Source: Raillietiella orientalis (taxonomy: Eukaryota). From it: DNA of 64,000 nucleotides. The translations under genes and the position numbers were made by a program. Positions within the stretch are counted from its first letter, which is position 1. Each line of letters opens with the position of its first letter. Positions 25,545-35,999 of this stretch are shown here, in pieces. The stretch spans positions 7,130,001 to 7,194,000 of the forward strand of contig JAYWIR010000002.1 in the NCBI GenBank assembly GCA_036172245.1, given 5' to 3'. The notes under the pieces are model-generated. The model was not told the DNA's origin and did not search any database. It saw only the letters and a list, made by a program, of their open reading frames with translations.

Positions 25545-26400
25545 ACAAAATAAATAATAATATACGTATCAAAAGACCTCTGTTAGCGTCTTTCTCTGCA
25601 TCCTTTCCAGGATGCCGGCTAGGTCGTCTGGATAGCATCCAGGTGGGGCCATCTGGCTGCCATCCGCAGAAAGAGAACTGCAAGTTGGTTGGGGCGTCCC
25701 TTTCGTTAGGTCATCCTTCAGCGTCGCTCCAGACCGGGATAATTCCGCGGATGCAGCAAAGAGCCGCAAAGACTGCGGCTGGCGGAAAGGCATCTCGCTT
25801 GAAGAGGGGTTGTAAAACGTCCATGGGGTTACCGTCGGGGTCCGCAGGGTCGTCCCAAAACTTCCCCATAGGGGCCGGAGAGCATCACAGTCCACAAACA
25901 AGTGCGGAAGAGTCTCTAGTTCCCCGCACCTGAGACAGACCGTGCTTGCACTTCCCGTGTCCAGTGGTGTCGGCGGACGTTACAGCCTCAGTGAAACAGC
26001 AGAAGTGCCAACTCTTGCCACTTCAGTGGGAGGATGCTGTTGTCCACGAACACCGGGGACCACTTCAGCAGAGAATACCGAGCAGCTCATCCCAGCGTTG
26101 CAGTCCTCGTGGAAGGGCACTTAGGAGTTGCCGCGTCTGTCAGCTGCCCCGTGGTTCAACTAACGGCTCATTCTCTTCCTCCTGCCTGCGATCTCGCAAG
26201 AGACTTCTCCCATCACCCGCAAGCGACCGCCATTTTCTCCCCTCAGGGAGCGAAGCGCTGCGCTGCGGAAAGGGGGCGAAAAGGAATGCTCTCTCCCGTT
26301 AAAGCCTCCCTGATGCCGCTTTTAGGAATCACGCAACGAGCAAGCGCAATGGAGGAAAAGGGGGAACCAGGTCGCATTCTGTTTAAGGATCTCCCGGCAG
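25545..26400 (-). mobile_element. Family A 3' fragment
   Basis: FVDCDALRPLWG relic. Clear nucleotide similarity to 28700-29400 and 35150-35800. Confidence 0.75.
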
Positions 26401-27370
26401 GGAGAGAGGGCGGGAACCTTTCTACGCAGTTCTCTGTCGTGACCGGTGAGCTCGTCTCCCGTCGGGGCGCATGCATCGCCTGTTGCAATGCAACGGGGTG
26501 TGCGAGGGCACGAGGCGCCGCTAGATGGCGAGCGCGCTTTCAAATCGACCCTCTACACGGAGTCTCTCAGCAGGAGGCTGTCGAAGGACAGGAAGCGCTA
26601 TCCCAGCGGGGCGAGCACGGAGGCCTCATCCTTTGAGTAGACCGCTGCGTGTATGCGACGCTCGAGGTTCGTTTCCATGAGGACTCCCTAGTGCGACAGC
26701 TCGGAGAGTATGACTGGTGAGGGGAAAGACTGCTGTTTTCATGATGACCCCCACCTTTGGGGAGGCTGATTTCTTTCGTTCAAGGGGACGGCTGCCTTGA
26801 TGAACCCCATCCACGAAATCGAATCCTGTTCTTCAGCCGGTGTCCCTTCGAGTCCTGAGATGAGTGATTTCCTTGAAACACATTTTCAGTCCCGTATCTT
26901 GCTTCTGGTGCCGACTTTCAGGGACTCACCAAGAAGCATCCATGTGTTCTTCTTCCTCTTTTGCTGTGGAAGAGAAGTGGAAAGTGGGCGTTCGGTTCCT
27001 CCGCATGGAGCCATCACGGACGGCTGCTGCTTCCCTGCTTAGGTTCCGCGTGCAGGAAGTAATCTTCGCCGGTGTCGGCTTCGAGTGCATGCTGGTCACT
27101 ACAAAAGCTCACGACCACCGAAGAGATGACCTCGAAAGACAAGTAGGAATCCAAGAGGCTTGGTTCGTAAACCTCCGTTTCCTAGGGCCCGAAGGGGCGT
27201 AGTCGCGGCAATACGGCCGCCGGAATCACGCCGTGGCGAATTTGCTGGTAGTCGCCTGCTTCTTGCTGGGAGTGAACCAGGTGGCTCACCACCTGGGCTT
27301 TCAGATATAAAAGGACGTGGCCGACTAGCACAGAAAGTCAAAGGTCGAGACACTTACTCATCCCATCTCC

Positions 27371-27835
27371 CAATATATATAATTACATACATATATACAT
27401 ACACAAATATATACATATACATACAAAAAATACACACATATATGAATATATACACATATTCGCATAAGTACGAATACACACACACATATATACAAATATG
27501 TGCACAAATATATATATATTTATACATATATATATACACATATATGCATACATATATAAATATATACATGCATATATAAATATATACATGCATATATAAA
27601 TACATCCATTTATATGAATATATCCATATATACACATATACACATAAAAGTGTATATGCATATAGAAATACACACACACACGCACACACACATATCTATC
27701 TATCTATATATATATACAAGTTTGCAAACATATTTGTATTTATATGTGTATATACACATATAATGAATGTATTTATATGCATAATAAATGGATATATATT
27801 ACATATGTTTCATTTTGTATATGTATTTGTATTCT
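27371..27835. repeat. AT-rich degenerate (TA/CA)n low-complexity tract
   Basis: Runs of tatatatacacatata. Confidence 0.9.
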
Positions 27836-28443
27836 TTGATTGTCCCCTTATGTTTTCTATGAAGAATGTGAAATCCATTGCCTTTCCTCTGAAATGTCTT
27901 CCATTTCCACAGCGAGATGTGGAACATCGGGGATGGGTGCGTGGGGTCTGGACTCCTGTGGGGGGTCTGAATGCCCTCGGATGAGCCACCTGAATGAAGT
28001 CTTCGCAACCAGACGGCGGGGTGGAGGGCGCTTTTGCCATGAGGGAATGGGGGAAGAGGAACGCGGGGCGGAGAAGGAACTTCGGCGGCGCTCCCGGGGC
28101 GGCCGCCCGGCTCCTGGAAGTTCCCTCCTCCTGCGGGTGGCGGGTTGGGAGATACCACGATCCGTTCACCGGCGTCGTGGTCGGTGGACTCCGCTGTGGT
28201 CCAGATAGCAGGGCCCTCAGGATTCGCGGCCTCCGTCCTCAGAGAGGGCGACTGCGGCAGTCCGAGATGACGTCGGAGCAGGCGGAAGAAGAGCCGCCGA
28301 GGCGTGAGGTTCCGCCCTCGTGAAAGGAGCGAAGACCTCGAGATCGAGGAGGCTGAGGAATCCGGGAGGGAGCGTCTGGAAGCAAGGCAACCAGAGAGAG
28401 AGACGGCGGCTGAAGAGGAGCGGGCGTTGCCATCTGGTCACAC

Positions 28444-28550
28444 CGGAGGCGGGCCACGCGTCCTACCACAACGAGTTTATCGTTTATTTTATTGAAACAA
28501 ACAAGAAACTCACAACGTTGTGGTAGGACGCGTGGTCCTGCCACACTCCG
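28444..28550. other. Strong stem-loop with a perfect 20-bp inverted repeat
   Basis: ccacgcgtcctaccacaacg (28454-28473) is the exact reverse complement of 28516-28535, with imperfect pairing inside and outside. Confidence 0.9.
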
Positions 28551-31329
28551 TTTCACAGTGGACCTGCAGGGTTGCCGGTGCGCAGATCAGCGAGCTTCAT
28601 TTCGGCAGCGGTAGAGAGAGGAGAAAATAAAAAGGAAAATAAAATAAATAGAAAAACACTGTGGAGGACCAGGAAGGAGTCATCGCCCGCTAGACGGGGT
28701 CCTTTGCTGGCAAGATCCGTCTTCATAGCGCCCAAGTGGGGCCATCTGGATGCCATCCACAGAAAGAGAACTGCAATCTGGGTGGGGCGTTTCTTTCGTT
28801 CGGTCCTCCTTCAGCGTCGCTCCAGGCCTCCACAATCCCGCGAATGCAGCAAAGAGCCACAAAGACTGTGGCTGGCGGAAGGGCACCCTGCGTTAAGAGG
28901 GGCAGTAGAACGTTCCTAGGATTGTGGTCGGCAGTCCGTAGGGTCGTGCCAAAGAGTTCCCACAGGGGCCCGAGGGCAACACAGTCTGGGCAGGTGCGCT
29001 AGGGATTCCGGTTCCCTGCACCTGCTACGGTCCAGGCTTGCATTTCCCAGCGTCCAGTGGTGTCGGCGGGCATTGCAGGGGTGACCCTAGTGCAGCAACA
29101 GCAGAAGTGACGATCCCTGCCACTTCAGGGGGAGAGCGCTGCTGTCCTTGAGCCTAAGGGCCACTCCAGGTCTTTGGATGGAATGTCGAGCAGCTCGCGT
29201 CAGCGCTGTAGTCCTCGTAGAAGGGCACTCAGGTCGCGGTGTCCGCCAGCTGTCCCCTGGTCCATCCGCTCATCAAATTCCTCCTGCCTGCGATCTCTCA
29301 AGAGACTTCCCCCCTCGGCCTTTGGTTGCTTCCAAGCGCCCTCCTTAGGAAGGGCGTCGTTGCCGCAAGGGGGGTTTGTTCCACCCACTCTCTCATGCTG
29401 GGGTTCACGAGGATCTTTCACAGCGAGCAGCGGGCGCAGATGCCGATGAGTCGCAAGCAGTTCTATACTTCACAGCTCGGCTCATTCATATCCGCCCATA
29501 TGCCAACAGTATCTTCTAGCCATGCGCTAGAGTTGGCGGGGAAGCAGGTCATCCAGCCGTTCTCCTTCGACAGGGTGGCCACGCGTCCGAGGAGGAGTGA
29601 GGAGTCCTCATTTTCTCACATTTTGGCTGGAGCACAAAAGGCAGGAGGAAAGTCCTTCCGGAGATCGCGGAGGCAGAGGCGAGGAGGCGCGCAGGAATGC
29701 ATAAGGGTGGTTGCTCCAGCACTTGACTGCGATAGCCATCGTTCGCCATCGCAGCTGGATCTCCATCCGCCCCATCGTCGGAAGGCCGAGGCCGCCATCC
29801 CGGAGCGGAGCACAGGATTCCTTCAGATGGACTCGGGACTTCCCGTTGCCTCATAAGGCGATTCGCAAGAGGTCCTTTGTCCGCTTTTTAGTTTCTCGGG
29901 GGATGGGGCCAACAAAAAATGGGGGACAGAGTAGAGGAGCCGCAAACGTGATCCAAACAGCGCCCCTTTCCAGCAAGTAGAAATTGCCCTCCAGGAGCGG
30001 GCCGAGTGCCATCTCTGCTTCCTGGATACGGCCGGACCAAGCTGGTCCGGCCGTATCCAGGAAGGCCGGATGGTCAGAAGTCGCCCAGTGGAATGCCAAG
30101 GTACTTCCAGTACCTGCTTCTGGCGGTCTCTAAGCGGATCCGGCCCGGTCCACGTCGCGCCAACTGTCACCACCGACGATTCTCGTCCGTTCCCTTCCAA
30201 GCCCATCCTGCGGCTCAGCAACTCGAAGCCCTTGCATGATGACGCCGGAGAGGAAACGGGGAGCAGCGGCAGAAGATCGTCGTCCGCATACCATCCGTCG
30301 ATCTGTCTCCTTGCTGAGCATTTTCGGAGGTTTTCGCACCACGGTTTTTTTTTTATTTTTTTTCCCCCGCAGATGAAAACGTTCTCCGTTTTTCCGTAAT
30401 TTTTTTCCATTTCTCTCTTCTTCTTTGGACTTTGCCAGCTATCAACCCTCGTTGTCTTCAGCTTCTTCGGAATTTTTTTTTTCCGACGTTTACTGTATGG
30501 TCTGAGGTTTCGGCTGTTGTTGTTTGTCATCTATCCTGTTTTTTTTTTCTTTTTTTTTTTCGATTTTCTTTTTTCCATTTTCTCCGCGCTTCGCTGGCGC
30601 TTGTTTTGCACCAGCGGAGATAAGGATGGCACTTTTCAAGTCTACATTTAGAATGTAACCCTTCTCTCCGCAGAGCTGGCGCTGGCTGTTTGGACATTTC
30701 TTTTTGAGGTGATCGGTGGCATCGCAGTGCCCACGGTATTTGGGCTTTCCCATGTCAAAGGTCGACGACCTTCGGTTCGACCCACCTTTCCCGCGCACCG
30801 TGGGCAGGCACTGCGTCCAGCCCACCAAAGAGCTTACCAAAGCCCTCGAAGGGGCTGCCCTTGGGCCATATGGTGTTCGCGGTGCCAGATTTCTCCAGCT
30901 CCGCATGCACCACCGCGTTCTTGGGCCTGCGGAGCGGAATGCCCGTTAAGTGGACCACTGCGGAGCGGTCCTCCGTCACGGGAAAGATCTTGTAACCTTC
31001 CACCGTAATTGGGGGTCTTCAGCAAAGCACTGAGCCGGGTCTTGCTCCACGTGCTGACTCCGCTCCAGATGAAAAGCCCTTCAAGGTATCCTTCCTTTGC
31101 ATTTAAAATCTTGCAGCTTCCTCATGAAGGAGTGCACGGGATGATCACCAAAAAGGCCACTTTCCCGGCTTCTTTTTTCTTCTGGTTTTCTTTTTTTCTG
31201 GTTCTCCTCAAGAACATCAAGAACCGTCGTTCGCCTGAAGGCTCACGAAGGTCTTTAACGCTGTCCGCAGCACCCGGGGGTGCGTGTTGAACCTTCAAGT
31301 CGAAAGGTACCCCAGGAAAGAACCGTCCT

Positions 31330-33864
31330 ATGAATCCAGCGACAGACATCTTCTGCATCCAATACGACGGACAAAAAAGACATCTTTCGGAGGATATTCT
31401 CGATGCTTTTCATCGACATTACAAGAGCCATTTTAGGCAGCAACAACTGTGTACATCGTTACAGCAAAATCTTCTAGGACACCTCGAGAAGAGGATAGAC
31501 GATCTCCAAAGAAACAGACTGCAGGAGGAGTTTTCCGAAGACGAGGTGAAAGCTGCATTCCACGAACTACGCAAGGATGTGGCGGCAGGCCCTGACAGTG
31601 TACCCGTTACACACTACCAGCGGTACCTGCACGCCTATCTACGCTTGTTCCAACAGCTCACCCTCTGCATCCATGAAGAAGGCAAACTACCTGAGTCCTT
31701 CTACGGGAGTCGGATGAGATTGTTGCCGAAAGGAGGTGACCTAACACAGGTCTCTCAATGGAGGCCAATCTCCGTCCTAAACTCCGATGCCAAATGGTTG
31801 GCGAAGATCTGGTCCAACCGTTTAGGCAGAGTCATGGCGAAGCTGATCTCTCCGGTCCAAACATGTGCGGTCCCAGGTCGCCACATGTCGGACAATGTCA
31901 AGTGCGCCCAGGCCATAGTGGGGCTCAGCCGATATGTCGGTGAGAACCTGGTCCTGGTGTTCACTGACATGGAGAAGGCTTTCGACTCCATAGACCATAG
32001 GATGCTGCTGAAAATTCTGGACAAGCTGGGTCTTCCAGAAAACTTCAGCAACTTCGTGAAGATGGTACTTCGGAAGCAATATTGCCGTATTAAAATCAAC
32101 GGCCAGGAGACGACAGCAATTAGGATGGAACGGGGAGTCCGGCAGGGCGACTCGCTAAGTCCGATGCTGTTCGTCATCTATATGGAGGCACTATCGTCGT
32201 TTATCGAGAAGAGTGGACATCTAAAAGGAATAACAATAGACAGTCAGCGACTTACCCATCTGGCGTACGCAGATGATCTCCTCTTTTTTATAAAGGGGGA
32301 AAGAAATCAGCGAGCGTTCCTGGATGTGGTGGAGACTATGGAAGAAGGACTGGGCCTGAAGATAAACGCCCAAAAGAGCCAGCTCTTGCCCGTTGGGATC
32401 CTGGATCTCTCCGCTCTAGAGAGGAGAGGATTCCGAGCGGTGGACAAGGCCAAGTACCTAGGAGTCTACATTGGCGACGACTCCGCGTCGAAACTATTGT
32501 GGACCGAGATCCTAGGGAAAACGGCCATTGAAGCAGCCAAGTTCACCCGAACGGACCTTGGGATGAAGCGAAAGGCCCACATATGGAACGGAGTACTCCT
32601 TCCAAAAGTGCTCTTCGGGGAGGCCTTCGCGAGGATGAACAAGGACACCACGAGGGAGTTCGAAAAGCTGCAACGCAAAACACTGTGGGGCCACTACCGC
32701 CCAAGAGTACGTCTCAAACCCCTGTGTCGTCCCAGGGAAGAAGGCGGTTCCGGGATGAAGTCGCTTGAACACTCCATGGAAATCATGGATACGCGACACT
32801 TCCAGGACATGGCCACTCACTGGGATGACTGGCCGTATGCGGCGCACAGGGCCTACGCGTTGTTGTTGAACAACTCGAAAGGCCTGATGACTGCGCTGCT
32901 AAGGCGAGAAGGGCAATGGTTAAAAATCGACCCAACCTGGAGAAGGAAGCAACAGCTGGTGCGAAAGCACAAAATCAAGATCGTGCCGCGAAGCAGGGAA
33001 CTCTGGCAGGACGAGTCCATCCTGGTGATCCCTTGGATGCTTCCTGTCCCGCCGGACACGAGAAGCTGGATCTACCAGCGGTCCAGAGTTACCCTACTAC
33101 AAATCCAGGAGTGGAGGCGAGGAGGCAACCTACATCACACTCGTATACTTCGGTATATAGAGATGATGTTAGGAAGGTTTACCCACATGACTCGCGAAGT
33201 GTGGTTCAACCACAACGACTTTGCGTGGTCCAGGGTAACCAAAACAAACCTCCGAAGACTAATTCAAGAAGAAGACCGTGATATCAGTGCCCTCCAGGAA
33301 GCCGCCGATCGCTACGGGAGTGACCGGATCAACCTGTTAGCGATTGGCACGACGCTCTGGAGGAGTGACCTTCCGCCGGGCACCCAGGATGACCTCCTAA
33401 TGTTTTATCATGGAGGAATCCAGAGTGGGTCCCGATTGCAGCACTACACCGGAAGAAGGGAAGATCGAGACTGCACAGCATGTGGAGACATCGACACGAG
33501 ACTTCACGTCTTGACGTGTCCTACATTGCTTCATGACTGGCTGATCCTGAAAAGGATCATCGGACTCACCACCAGGTCCGTAATGGAGATCCTCGCCGGG
33601 ATGTTTCAGGGGGATGGTAATGTTCCCTGTTACAATCCCATGGTGAGGACGACCATCGCCCTCTTCATCACCGCCATACTCGTGCGGTGGTGGAGTATGA
33701 GAAAAGCCAGGAGAGCCGCACCACCGATGGAGATCCTACAAGGACTCCTGAAGAGGGAAATCGGCATTAGGAATTGCGGAAAAATCCAAGCCTGGACGTA
33801 CCGATTCATCCTGAAGAGGATAGAGGACGACGCCCGGGACCAAACATCTGGAAACCCACCATAA
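31330..33864 (+). CDS. LINE ORF2 fragment: reverse transcriptase plus C-terminal zinc finger, no endonuclease domain (844 aa)
   Basis: WRPISVLNSDAK, QTCAVPGR, DMEKAFDSIDH, GVRQGDSLSPMLF, LAYADD, KYLG, CTACGDIDTRLHVLTC. No stops or frameshifts. The ATG lies inside the TSD. Confidence 0.93.
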   Translation: MNPATDIFCIQYDGQKRHLSEDILDAFHRHYKSHFRQQQLCTSLQQNLLGHLEKRIDDLQRNRLQEEFSEDEVKAAFHELRKDVAAGPDSVPVTHYQRYLHAYLRLFQQLTLCIHEEGKLPESFYGSRMRLLPKGGDLTQVSQWRPISVLNSDAKWLAKIWSNRLGRVMAKLISPVQTCAVPGRHMSDNVKCAQAIVGLSRYVGENLVLVFTDMEKAFDSIDHRMLLKILDKLGLPENFSNFVKMVLRKQYCRIKINGQETTAIRMERGVRQGDSLSPMLFVIYMEALSSFIEKSGHLKGITIDSQRLTHLAYADDLLFFIKGERNQRAFLDVVETMEEGLGLKINAQKSQLLPVGILDLSALERRGFRAVDKAKYLGVYIGDDSASKLLWTEILGKTAIEAAKFTRTDLGMKRKAHIWNGVLLPKVLFGEAFARMNKDTTREFEKLQRKTLWGHYRPRVRLKPLCRPREEGGSGMKSLEHSMEIMDTRHFQDMATHWDDWPYAAHRAYALLLNNSKGLMTALLRREGQWLKIDPTWRRKQQLVRKHKIKIVPRSRELWQDESILVIPWMLPVPPDTRSWIYQRSRVTLLQIQEWRRGGNLHHTRILRYIEMMLGRFTHMTREVWFNHNDFAWSRVTKTNLRRLIQEEDRDISALQEAADRYGSDRINLLAIGTTLWRSDLPPGTQDDLLMFYHGGIQSGSRLQHYTGRREDRDCTACGDIDTRLHVLTCPTLLHDWLILKRIIGLTTRSVMEILAGMFQGDGNVPCYNPMVRTTIALFITAILVRWWSMRKARRAAPPMEILQGLLKREIGIRNCGKIQAWTYRFILKRIEDDARDQTSGNPP

Positions 33865-34006
33865 GTGCAGAACTTGTGAGAACCCAAGGACTTCATAGTG
33901 GTAAAAAAAAAAGTGCTAATGGTATGGATGAGATTGTAGTGTGAATGTTTTTATAGAAAAATTTTAGAAAAATAAATTTACCCCACCCCTCGTGGGACTT
34001 GGGGAA
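31340..34006 (+). mobile_element. Young 5'-truncated L1/Tx1-type non-LTR retrotransposon with a 19-bp TSD (aaccgtcctatgaatccag at 31321-31339 and 34007-34025)
   Basis: Intact RT ORF, AATAAA near 33970, exact 19-bp direct repeats at both ends. Flanks rejoin into a repeat that is seen uninterrupted at 14281-14370. Confidence 0.92.
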
Positions 34007-35059
34007 AACCGTCCTATGAATCCAGGAAGGGTTCTGGAAGGAGTCCGTTCCTCTTACACTTGTGAGGGAACCCCGAAGGGAGCACCTGCCCTGGTTGTCT
34101 CCGGGGAAAACCACGGAAGGAACCGCCTCTTCCTTGTTCTGACCTAGAAGGAGTAAGAGTGAACGATCGTTTCTTCTCCAAAAGGAACTCGAAAAGGATC
34201 CGCTCCCAGAATTTCTTCTCCGGAATGCACCCGCAAGGGAGCTGCTTCCCATTTCCTCCTCTGAAGAGACTCCGAAGGGACGCTCCCCATTTTCTCCTAA
34301 GGGCTGTTCCTCGAATAAAGCAGCATCCTTCTCCACACTCTGGAGAGGCGACCCCCGATAGGGAGTATCAACCAGCCCCATGGTAGCAGTTCCATCTCCA
34401 TAGTCAGAGGGGGATCACGGAGGCAACCGACTACTTGGTTCCTGGAGGGAACCCGGAGAGTCAACTTCCAATCCTGGCCAGTCAACGGAGGCATCCGACT
34501 TCCACCACTGCCGCGTCCGAGGCCTACAGGTTAACCAGAGGGGTTATCCTGCTGGGAGGACTCGAAACCCACGACGAACCCCACATTTCTCTGGCGTCGA
34601 TCCTCCGCGTGTGGATTCGAACCCGCAACGCTCGGTACCGTGCACGGCAACCGCAGCTACATGGCCTCCAAAACGGTCTCAGGAAGCGCGGCGACATAGT
34701 GGCCCGAGTTGAAGAGGCGAGACATAGATAGGTGGCCAACAACCCAAGAAACACTACTCCAATTCGGATCCAGGGATCAAACGCAACTAGTGTCTCAGAA
34801 GAAACGTTGACTCGTTGTCCTGGGCTCCTGCTGTCCATCCGAAAGATACACCTCCAACTCTGACGGGGCGCGGCAAAGGCAGAAGGGGAAACTGGTGCAA
34901 CCCTTTCTTCTCCTCACCCGGTTGTGCAGATAGAGGTTCGCTGCAGCCGATGGACGCACCAAGGCAGCGGTAGGTCCGCGGCCCCTAATCGAAGAACCTG
35001 CCCAGAGGCCGGAGAGGGTCACCTCCTACAGCACAGGGAGAAGGGGAACAACCGGAAGG

Positions 35060-35900
35060 AAAAATACAATGAAGAAAAAAAATCAATAAAAATAGATAGA
35101 AGGAACAAGGAGAGCGTGGGAAGAGCTCCCAGGCGGCAAAGGGTTTGGGGCGTCCTTTACATCCATTCAAGAATTCCCGCAAGTTCGGGCTGCGCGCCTC
35201 CCGGATGGGGGAGCCATCTCAATACCATCCTCAGGAAACGGACCGCGGGACGGATGACGCATCTCCATCGTTCCTGCCTCTCTCGGAGGCGCCCCGGGCG
35301 GCCACAGTCCCGCGGAGGCAGCGAGGAGCTGCTGGGCATCGCGGCTGGCGGTGGGGCGTCGCGTGCAAAGAGTCGTTTCTGGGGCCGCCGTCGGGGATTC
35401 GCAGGATCATGGCAAGACGTTTCGAAAGGGGCCGGAGGACAACATGGTCCAGAATCCGGTGTGGGAGGGATTCCCGCTCTCCACCCTCTCCCTTCCCGGG
35501 GTCCCGTGATGTCCTGCTACTTGAGAGGGAGGGTGCGAGCGTTCCGGAGTACTGGGGTCCACTCGAGGTCTTTCCGGAGAACTTCCAGCAGCTCACCCCA
35601 GTGCAAAAGTCCTTTAGACAAGGGGGCATTCGAAATCGCAGCATCAGTTAGCTGGCCCGTGGTCCAACCACCTAACTCTTGTTCCTTCCACTGCCCAATT
35701 CTCAAACGACCTCCCGTCTTGTCGGCAGGCTGCTGCCAATATGCTCCCTCAGGGAGGGCAGCGCTGCAGAAAGGGAGGTTCGCTCTGCCCGCGCTCTCCT
35801 TCTGGGATGGACGATGGTTTCCTGGAGCGAGCAGTCGTTGCAGGATGAGCAGCGCGATAACTGGACTCGGCTCCTGGATCTTCGACAAGTGCTAAGGGGT
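35060..35900 (-). mobile_element. Family A 3' fragment
   Basis: LGGWTTGQLTDAA..LLHWGELL and ESLPHRILDHVVLRPL relics match the copies at 13.6-14.1 kb and 16.1-16.4 kb. Confidence 0.75.
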
Positions 35901-35999
35901 CCTCGCGGCCAGGAGGCAGCGGGAAATCCAACCGTTCTCCCTCGTCAGTGCAGTGACCCGTCGAGCGCGTATCGAGGAGGGAGTCAGCCCCGGTCTCCC

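Larger units (their letters stand above)
28620..34700 (-). mobile_element. Degenerate L1/Tx1-like element (old family A), interrupted by the young LINE at 31340-34006
   Basis: 5' B-box at 34613-34626, degenerate Zn-knuckle ORF1 relic (30620-30760, KPKYRGHCDATDHLKKKCP..QLCGEKG), RT relic YADD near 30285, C-terminal zinc-finger relic near 28960-29040, U-rich 3' end near 28630. Homologous to 15043-16600. Confidence 0.75.

Noticed and set aside
27354..27691. Tyr/Ile/Cys-rich ORFs
   Set aside because: Translations of a (TA/CA)n tract.
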